Both the position numbers and the translations under genes were made by a program. The notes under the pieces were generated by a model. That model worked only from the letters and a program-made list of their open reading frames with translations. It had not been told where the DNA came from and did not search any database. Shown piece after piece: positions 35,213 through 40,537 of a DNA stretch of 40,537 nt (its first letter is position 1; each line of letters opens with the position of its first letter). Origin of the DNA: a virus (taxonomy: Duplodnaviria; Caudoviricetes). The stretch spans positions 1 to 40,537 of IMG/VR virus record IMGVR_UViG_3300044606_000221; one strand, given 5' to 3'.

Positions 35213-35352
35213 GCCACATCCTCCTTTTTTTCGTTCGCCGGGGCCGCGTATTCCCCGCGCCGGAAGATAAAATCCACCAAAGGCTTCAGCGTCGTGTACT
35301 TGTATGCGTCGAACCACGCCTGGACATCGTCTCCAAAATCAGGTTCTTTCAT
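35209..35352 (-). CDS. Small hypothetical early protein (47 aa)
   Basis: Manual translation MKEPDFGDDVQAWFDAYKYTTLKPLVDFIFRRGEY...; purine-rich RBS; ATGA overlap with the next gene. Confidence 0.55.
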   Translation of the reverse strand: MKEPDFGDDVQAWFDAYKYTTLKPLVDFIFRRGEYAAPANEKKEDVA

Positions 35353-35374
35353 TTCCCTCACCCCCATCCTTCCC

Positions 35375-35521
35375 TCACCCGACCAGCCGCCTCACCAGGT
35401 TGTGAAGCTCCACCCCCTCCGGCGTGTCAGGTACGCCGTCGGCGAGATCCGCCGCTGCCGGAAGCACCTTTTCCGGGCGGTCCAGAAAAAGGTGCAACGC
35501 CCCCAACGCTCCAAAATTCAC
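35375..35521 (-). CDS. Small hypothetical early protein (48 aa)
   Basis: GTG start overlapping the cro stop (GTGA); MNFGALGALHLFLDRPEKVLP... Confidence 0.4.
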   Translation of the reverse strand: MNFGALGALHLFLDRPEKVLPAAADLADGVPDTPEGVELHNLVRRLVG

Positions 35522-35811
35522 GCCACAGACCGCTTGCGCTTGTCGCGCTTCACCGGCTCCGTTCCCGCCTTCCGCTTCCTGTCCCCCGGGCGGCTTTCCC
35601 GGGGGAGGGTAGGGTTTGCATCGGTTTCATTCCCTACGAGTTCGTCGATGCTCACTTTGAGCACCTTCGCAAGACTCCGCAATGCTTCCACATCGGGAGA
35701 TCGTTGACCCGTTTCCCACCGAGTGATTGTCCCCCTTGTAGTGCCCATTTTGGAAGCAAGCTCCACCGTAGTCAGACCGCGATTTTTTCTGATTTCTCGC
35801 AATTTTTCCAT
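35518..35811 (-). CDS. cro: Cro-like XRE HTH regulator
   Basis: LREIRKNRGLTTVELASKMGTTRGTITRWETGQRSPD; divergent from the repressor. Confidence 0.88.
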   Translation of the reverse strand: MEKLREIRKNRGLTTVELASKMGTTRGTITRWETGQRSPDVEALRSLAKVLKVSIDELVGNETDANPTLPRESRPGDRKRKAGTEPVKRDKRKRSVA

Positions 35812-35837
35812 TTCGTCACCCCCCTTCTGAGAGGCAT

Positions 35838-35944
35838 TTTACGCTTCCAATTCGGAAGCGTAAATAGGACCTTAGGCCCATTTTTCCAATATGGAAGCAA
35901 CTTATTTCCATATTGGGGTCTTTACTTCTGCTTCCGATATGGAA
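35838..35944. promoter_or_regulatory. Genetic switch operators (TTCC-N5-GGAA)
   Basis: tttacgcttcc-aattc-ggaagcgtaaa (35838-35864), ttcc-aatat-ggaa (35884-35896), degenerate ttcc-atatt-gggg (35906-35918), ttcc-gatat-ggaa (35932-35944). Confidence 0.8.
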
Positions 35945-35970
35945 CAATTGAGTACGCGGGAGGGATGGAG

Positions 35971-36732
35971 ATGGAGCAGATTGGCTCGCGTATCGCAACA
36001 GCACGCGCACTTGCTGGGCTAACTCAGACAGAATTGGCAACATTGCTGGGAGTCACCAGGGGAACCATTACAAGATGGGAAAAGGGATCTCGAAATCCGA
36101 GCGATGAAGATAAGCATCGCATCGCCAAAGCCCTCAACACCACCGTGGCCTACCTCATGGGTGAGACGAACGAACCGGTGCCGAAAAAAGTCAGCGATGG
36201 TCACGAACAGAAATTAATGACAGACGAGCATGAGAGTGGTAAACAAGCAGAAATGGTTCCGAAAAAGATTCCCGGAGGGCTCTGGCAGATGGGGAATATT
36301 TATCTCGTACCAAGACTGAGCCCGGAATATTCGCCACATTGCGGCGGAACAGGAATCGCCTTCGACGTAAGCGCTCAGACGGAAGAAGGGGAATACGAGC
36401 CCATCGCCGCACCAATCCTCGGCCCCATTGACCCGATGAATCCGCCTCGGGCCTTCAGAGTTGATGGCACCTCGGTCACGGACTATGGGATTCCACCTGA
36501 TTCATGGATCATCGTGAATCCTGCCATAGAACCTGTCACTGGAAATCTCGCACTCGTTGAAATCGGAGGAAGCCCGGTCATCAAGAAAATCTATATTCGA
36601 CCTGACGGCATTGCGCTCCGCTCTTCAAACGGAGAGGAGTATTTCGTGGATCGCGAATCAATGGAAGTGGGCTTCGTGCGGATATGCGGGAAAATCGTTC
36701 GTGCAGACATGGAGTTGAATCACAGGCCGTGA
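35971..36732 (+). CDS. cI: CI-like repressor (XRE HTH plus S24 peptidase domain)
   Basis: IATARALAGLTQTELA...TITRWEKG; C-terminal RVDGTSV..IKKI..ICGKIV; GGGAGG RBS before ATG 35971 (35965 is an alternative start). Confidence 0.9.
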   Translation: MEQIGSRIATARALAGLTQTELATLLGVTRGTITRWEKGSRNPSDEDKHRIAKALNTTVAYLMGETNEPVPKKVSDGHEQKLMTDEHESGKQAEMVPKKIPGGLWQMGNIYLVPRLSPEYSPHCGGTGIAFDVSAQTEEGEYEPIAAPILGPIDPMNPPRAFRVDGTSVTDYGIPPDSWIIVNPAIEPVTGNLALVEIGGSPVIKKIYIRPDGIALRSSNGEEYFVDRESMEVGFVRICGKIVRADMELNHRP

Positions 36733-36768
36733 GGAAAGACATACGGCACACAAGAGAAGGGGCTGAAA

Positions 36769-38082
36769 ATGCTAACTCTTCGACACCGCGTGAAGAAACG
36801 TTTATGGCTTGCATTCGTATTCCTGCCGGTGTTTTTCCTGCAATACGAAACGTGCTATGCCACGTCACCAGCGGACATTTTCAAGAAATGCTCGAAGTCG
36901 ATCGTTACAGTGCTGGCTCTCGATGACAAAAGAGTAATTTGCAGCCAGGCTTCCGGCTTCTTCTTCGACGAATCAGGCGCTGTCCTCACAAATTTTCACG
37001 TAATAGACGGGTACCCAAATCTGGTGATTAAACTCAGCGACGGCACGTCGCACAATGTGACAAAGATCTTGGCCCAACATCCGGACCTTGACCTTGCAAT
37101 AGTAGCGACGGCCACTCCGAAAGAAAAATCGATTCCCCTGGCCATTGCCGATCATTTACCCGACATCGGAAGCAATGTCAGCGTTATAGGAACCCCGAGA
37201 GGTTTTTCTCTGACTCTGTCCACAGGGATTCTGTCGGGAAAGAGAAAAATCGACAACTTCGACTTCATCCAAACGACAGCTCCTGTTTCTCCAGGATCAA
37301 GTGGAAGCCCTGTTTTCGATGAAAACGGAAAAATCCTCGGCATGATAGCCTTCAACATAAAAGAAAGCCAAAATCTCAACTTAGCAATATGCTACAATGA
37401 AATCAGAAATGCAATACACAATCGTCCTTTCATACGAGATACCCTGGACAGATACGGACCTATCCCAAGTGGATACGAAATTGCGCGTCCTGGGGATACT
37501 ATTTTTTCGGAAGACAGAACCAAAACCGAGCCAGCCTTCTGCCTCGACGAACCCATAAACAGCACAATGCCCGGAGCATACGGAATCCATTTCAATTTCT
37601 CCATAGATCCCGGCGTTCTGCGGTACGTCCATGAGAACGACACCTTTGTTGTTTTCGCGTCATCCTCAGCAAAAGCAACCTTCATGGGCGGAAGCGTCAT
37701 CTCTGAAAACGATACCGTAGGAATTTTTTTCCGAAAGAGTGACATTGAAAAGCTCAGCTGGTTCGTTGACAACACCGAATGGAACGGTGGAATCCAGACA
37801 GTATGGACCCGTGACTTAAAACCGGAGGAGTATGGAAAAATCAGAAAATGTATCGTGCCCATAAAAGGAACGAAAACCACCATATTCTCAATAAAATATG
37901 ACGGATATAAATTCGGCACAATTGACTTTTCAAAAGAAATAAGAACAGGAGAATCGCTAGAGGCAAAAAATATATCTATTTTAACAGAAGCAAAGACAGA
38001 TATAGCAGCAAAGATTGACAATAAAACAATAGATATTATTCAAGTATTCGAGGATGGGATTATATACAAATGGACACAATAA
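36769..38082 (+). CDS. Secreted trypsin-like (S1C/HtrA-type) serine protease with an unrecognised C-terminal domain
   Basis: N-terminal signal or anchor; catalytic triad contexts TNFHVI, DLAIV, GSSGSP; AT-rich relative to the genome. Confidence 0.85.
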   Translation: MLTLRHRVKKRLWLAFVFLPVFFLQYETCYATSPADIFKKCSKSIVTVLALDDKRVICSQASGFFFDESGAVLTNFHVIDGYPNLVIKLSDGTSHNVTKILAQHPDLDLAIVATATPKEKSIPLAIADHLPDIGSNVSVIGTPRGFSLTLSTGILSGKRKIDNFDFIQTTAPVSPGSSGSPVFDENGKILGMIAFNIKESQNLNLAICYNEIRNAIHNRPFIRDTLDRYGPIPSGYEIARPGDTIFSEDRTKTEPAFCLDEPINSTMPGAYGIHFNFSIDPGVLRYVHENDTFVVFASSSAKATFMGGSVISENDTVGIFFRKSDIEKLSWFVDNTEWNGGIQTVWTRDLKPEEYGKIRKCIVPIKGTKTTIFSIKYDGYKFGTIDFSKEIRTGESLEAKNISILTEAKTDIAAKIDNKTIDIIQVFEDGIIYKWTQ

Positions 38083-38330
38083 CGACCAAGCAACGCAGGC
38101 TCCGCATAGCAATATTTTCCCTCACCTTCCTCCTGGTCTTTCTAGGTGGAGCCGCTTGTGCTTATCTCGGTGGATATCTTCTTTTCTATGAAGATTTCAG
38201 CGGGATTCGTCCTCGAAAACCTTTCACACCCAACGAATTCGAACTGAGGCGATACCGGAGTGAAATAGAAGAATACATCACGGACTTTGAGCCTTCCTAT
38301 GAGGGATGGAAACTAGAGGGTGCATCATGA
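38070..38330 (+). CDS. Small membrane protein whose 3' end contains the CRISPR-like repeat
   Basis: 86 aa, one TM segment; overlaps the protease stop and the integrase start (ATGA); FEPSYEGWK is the translated repeat. Confidence 0.6.
   Translation: MDTITTKQRRLRIAIFSLTFLLVFLGGAACAYLGGYLLFYEDFSGIRPRKPFTPNEFELRRYRSEIEEYITDFEPSYEGWKLEGAS
38284..38313 (+). CRISPR. Solitary CRISPR direct repeat (type I-B-like 30-mer), no array
   Basis: ACTTTGAGCCTTCCTATGAGGGATGGAAAC fits the GTTTTGAGCCT-CCTAT-AGG-AT-GAAAC repeat family as recalled, with a small CCT-ATG-AGG hairpin and a GAAAC end. Confidence 0.8.
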
Positions 38331-39928
38331 TTCCCGCATATTCCTACGCGAGAGATTCGTCTCAAATGCAGGCGGACAAAGGGCTTTCCATCCCCGCACA
38401 GATCAACGAAATCCGGAGGTACGCGAAGGCGAACGGCTACGAAATTCTCGAGCAGTTCGTGGATGACGCGTACTCAGGTACAACGGACGAGAGGCCTGCC
38501 TTTCAGCGCATGCTCTCGCTCGTCCGTTCCAGGCAATGCCCCGCCAAGGCCATCATCACCTGGAAAAGCGACCGGATCGCCAGATCTGTCGAACAGGCCT
38601 CCGCATTTCGTGGGCTCCTCCGTCGCCAAGGAATCGATCTCGTCACCGTGGCGGAGCCGATGGTCGAAGGTCCGGTGGGAGCCATCGTGAATGCCATACT
38701 GGATTCGGTGAACGAGTTCTATTCGCTGCGGCTCGCCGAGGATTCCCTCCGCGGCGCGAAGGAATCCGCCTCGCGTGGATTCGCCCAGGGCGGAACTCCG
38801 CCTTTCGGCATGAAGAAGATCCCCGTTGAGAACGACAAAGGGGTTGTCCAGATGAAGTACGCGCCGGATCCGGAGACGGCGCCTGTTGTCAGCCGGATCT
38901 ACGCGGAATATGCAAAGGGGACCTCGATGATGGACGTTGCGAACGCCCTCAACGCCGACGGCGTGCCAACCCCGCGCGGCGGCAGATGGAATAGCACGCA
39001 AATTCACAACATCCTAGCCAAGCACCAGCTCGTCTATCTCGGGCACCTCGTCTACAACCGCACCCGTCTTCCCAAGAGAGGCGGAACCAGCATCCATAAG
39101 AGCAAAGAACAGTGGGTGGTTTCCGAGAATGCGCACGAACCGATCATCACGAAAGAGATGGCTGATGCGGCAAACAGAGTTCGCTCCGAACGTCCGAAAT
39201 ACTGGAACATCAATGCCAATTGCAGAAAAAGCGAGCCACTGCTCCTGCGTGGGCTGGTTATGTGTGGAATTTGCGGTGCCCCCTACTACTCGTCCTGGGG
39301 CGGAAAGAGCAACCAGGAGCCGATACGGTACTACAGTTGCGGCGGCGGGAAATTGGCACGGCTAAAGGGGCGGGGAGATCCGAAGTGTCGCAACACCTGG
39401 ATTCGTGCGAAAGAACTGGACCGGGTCATCCTGGAAGCGGCGGAGAAAAAGGTAATCCGTCCGGACTTCTGGGAAAAGCTCGCCGCAGTGCTCGACACCG
39501 AACGGGGCACTCTTGCCGAAGGGCAGCACCACCGGGCCGGAAAGATCCGAAAAGAACTGGTTGTCCTGCGGGAACGACGTTCCCGCATCATCGACGCCAT
39601 CGCGGACGGTGTCATCCGCTCGATCGACGCCAAGGCGAAGATGGACTCGTTGAATGCCGCAATTTCTGAATACGAAACAGCCCTTGAGGATCTCATGATG
39701 CCCGTGTCCTCACAGCGGAGCGAAGACCTGAAAAGAATTCTGGACCTCTCCGACGCGATCCAGGATCCCGGCGTCCTTCAGGCAATCTGCCTCACCATGA
39801 TCAGGCAGGTGATGATATTCCCGGATCGAGTCGAACTGGACTACAAGGTGCTCTTCAAACCGGAAACCTTGAAAGTGCCTCGCTCGCAAGGGAAAAGAGG
39901 CGGCTCAAGAATTTGCGGGAACGTATAA
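38327..39928 (+). CDS. int: Large serine recombinase (phage integrase)
   Basis: YARDSS catalytic Ser, SG...RP.F, DRIAR; recombinase domain PPFG; Zn ribbon CGICG/YYSC/C; coiled coil. An in-frame ATG at 38306 is an alternative start. Confidence 0.96.
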   Translation: MIPAYSYARDSSQMQADKGLSIPAQINEIRRYAKANGYEILEQFVDDAYSGTTDERPAFQRMLSLVRSRQCPAKAIITWKSDRIARSVEQASAFRGLLRRQGIDLVTVAEPMVEGPVGAIVNAILDSVNEFYSLRLAEDSLRGAKESASRGFAQGGTPPFGMKKIPVENDKGVVQMKYAPDPETAPVVSRIYAEYAKGTSMMDVANALNADGVPTPRGGRWNSTQIHNILAKHQLVYLGHLVYNRTRLPKRGGTSIHKSKEQWVVSENAHEPIITKEMADAANRVRSERPKYWNINANCRKSEPLLLRGLVMCGICGAPYYSSWGGKSNQEPIRYYSCGGGKLARLKGRGDPKCRNTWIRAKELDRVILEAAEKKVIRPDFWEKLAAVLDTERGTLAEGQHHRAGKIRKELVVLRERRSRIIDAIADGVIRSIDAKAKMDSLNAAISEYETALEDLMMPVSSQRSEDLKRILDLSDAIQDPGVLQAICLTMIRQVMIFPDRVELDYKVLFKPETLKVPRSQGKRGGSRICGNV

Positions 39929-39963
39929 GCATGTCGGGTCACATGTTTATATGTTCCCGCAAA
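39912..39963. other. Putative attP site
   Basis: 23-bp arms tttgcgggaacgtataagcatgt / acatgtttatatgttcccgcaaa (21/23 inverted match) around cgggtc, central GG at 39937-39938; overlaps the int stop codon. Confidence 0.8.
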
Positions 39964-40007
39964 GATACAGACTACGCAGTTTTTTGAGGCGGTCTTTTTG
40001 GGAATGA

Positions 40008-40034
40008 AACAGGGAGGGGCAAGCCCTCCCTGTT
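40008..40034. terminator. Hairpin terminator between the convergent int and lysis transcripts
   Basis: aacagggaggg-gcaag-ccctccctgtt, 11-bp stem. Confidence 0.7.
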
Positions 40035-40040
40035 CGCTCC

Positions 40041-40175
40041 TTATCCAGTTTTCCCCACCTTCTCCTTTAGCCCTTTGAACCACTCCACCACCTTCGCCCG
40101 CATCTTCTTGTCCACGAGGCATACGAACACGGCGAAACATGCGACAGCCAGAAGCCCACCCAGAATGTTGCTCAT
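40041..40175 (-). CDS. Small membrane protein (44 aa), last gene of the lysis/late operon
   Basis: Manual translation MSNILGGLLAVACFAVFVCLVDKKMRAKVVEWFKGLKEKVGKTG; GGAGGTGA RBS. Confidence 0.7.
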   Translation of the reverse strand: MSNILGGLLAVACFAVFVCLVDKKMRAKVVEWFKGLKEKVGKTG

Positions 40176-40179
40176 CCCG

Positions 40180-40537
40180 TCACCTCCCGATTGCAATGCC
40201 TAGCCCCAAGGCTCCCACCACGTACAGCCATGTACGGCTCCGTTCGGCAGTCACCTCTTTCCACGCGAGCCGTTCCGCGTTCAACTCGTCCCGTAGCGTC
40301 TTCATCTCGGTGTCTATCTCAGCACGAAACGACGCCACTTCCGCCTGCATCGATGCCACTGTCCGCTCCCAGAGCTCCGCCTCCTGCCGGTAACTCTGGA
40401 GCATGGCCAGCATATCGCGCCCGTCGGTGACGGTGCCCCAGTACCCCGGTTCAGTCGCTGTCCAGCCCGCAGGAACGTACATCCAGGCTGCGCCAGCGGG
40501 CGAGCTCAAAATTAAGGCCGTCGGCAACAGCATCAGC
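40180..40537 (-). CDS. Lysis-module exported coiled-coil protein with a C-terminal TM segment (possibly spanin-like); start probably outside the window
   Basis: Signal-peptide-like ..ALILSSPAGAA, coiled coil, C-terminal WLYVVGALGLGIAIGR. Confidence 0.55.
   Translation of the reverse strand, partial: LMLLPTALILSSPAGAAWMYVPAGWTATEPGYWGTVTDGRDMLAMLQSYRQEAELWERTVASMQAEVASFRAEIDTEMKTLRDELNAERLAWKEVTAERSRTWLYVVGALGLGIAIGR

Noticed and set aside
35947-35972. TTGAG...GAGGGATGGA upstream of cI resembling the CRISPR repeat
   Set aside because: Needs a gap, lacks the GAAAC end, and is explained by the RBS plus start codon
38180-38400. A true CRISPR mini-array around the solitary repeat
   Set aside because: No second repeat at 30-45 nt spacing on either side; only a 6-nt CTATGA match near 38185
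1-40537. Terminal redundancy or circular overlap of the window ends
   Set aside because: The two ends share no sequence; part of the lysis module is missing, so completeness cannot be claimed

Overview
The window is a near-complete, circularly permuted genome of a temperate short-tailed phage with a BPP-1/epsilon15-like structural module, GC-rich overall. It begins inside a GH73 glucosaminidase-type endolysin and ends in genes that normally lie downstream of it. An apparently intact attP palindrome follows the integrase, so this looks like the excised or virion form, with a short piece of the lysis module missing. Minus strand, right to left: cro and early genes; RecE-like exonuclease, RecT-like protein and SMC-like ATPase; split primase/helicase with a palindromic origin candidate; an intein-containing SF2 helicase; RuvC-like resolvase; two paralogous RinA/ArpU-like regulators; a ~470-nt structured non-coding cassette; terminase, portal, capsid and tail genes; a 2199-aa polyvalent ejection protein; tail fibre/receptor-binding genes; lysis. 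Plus strand: cI, a secreted trypsin-like protease, a small membrane protein and a large serine integrase. The two most notable signals: (1) a solitary, near-canonical 30-nt CRISPR repeat 13 nt upstream of the integrase start codon, with a degenerate same-length copy just beyond attP and no cas genes or array, suggesting a CRISPR/Cas6-coupled integrase module or an RNA anti-CRISPR; (2) an unidentified, independently promoted, highly structured RNA between the late promoter and terS. All product calls come from motif recognition by eye, not database searches.
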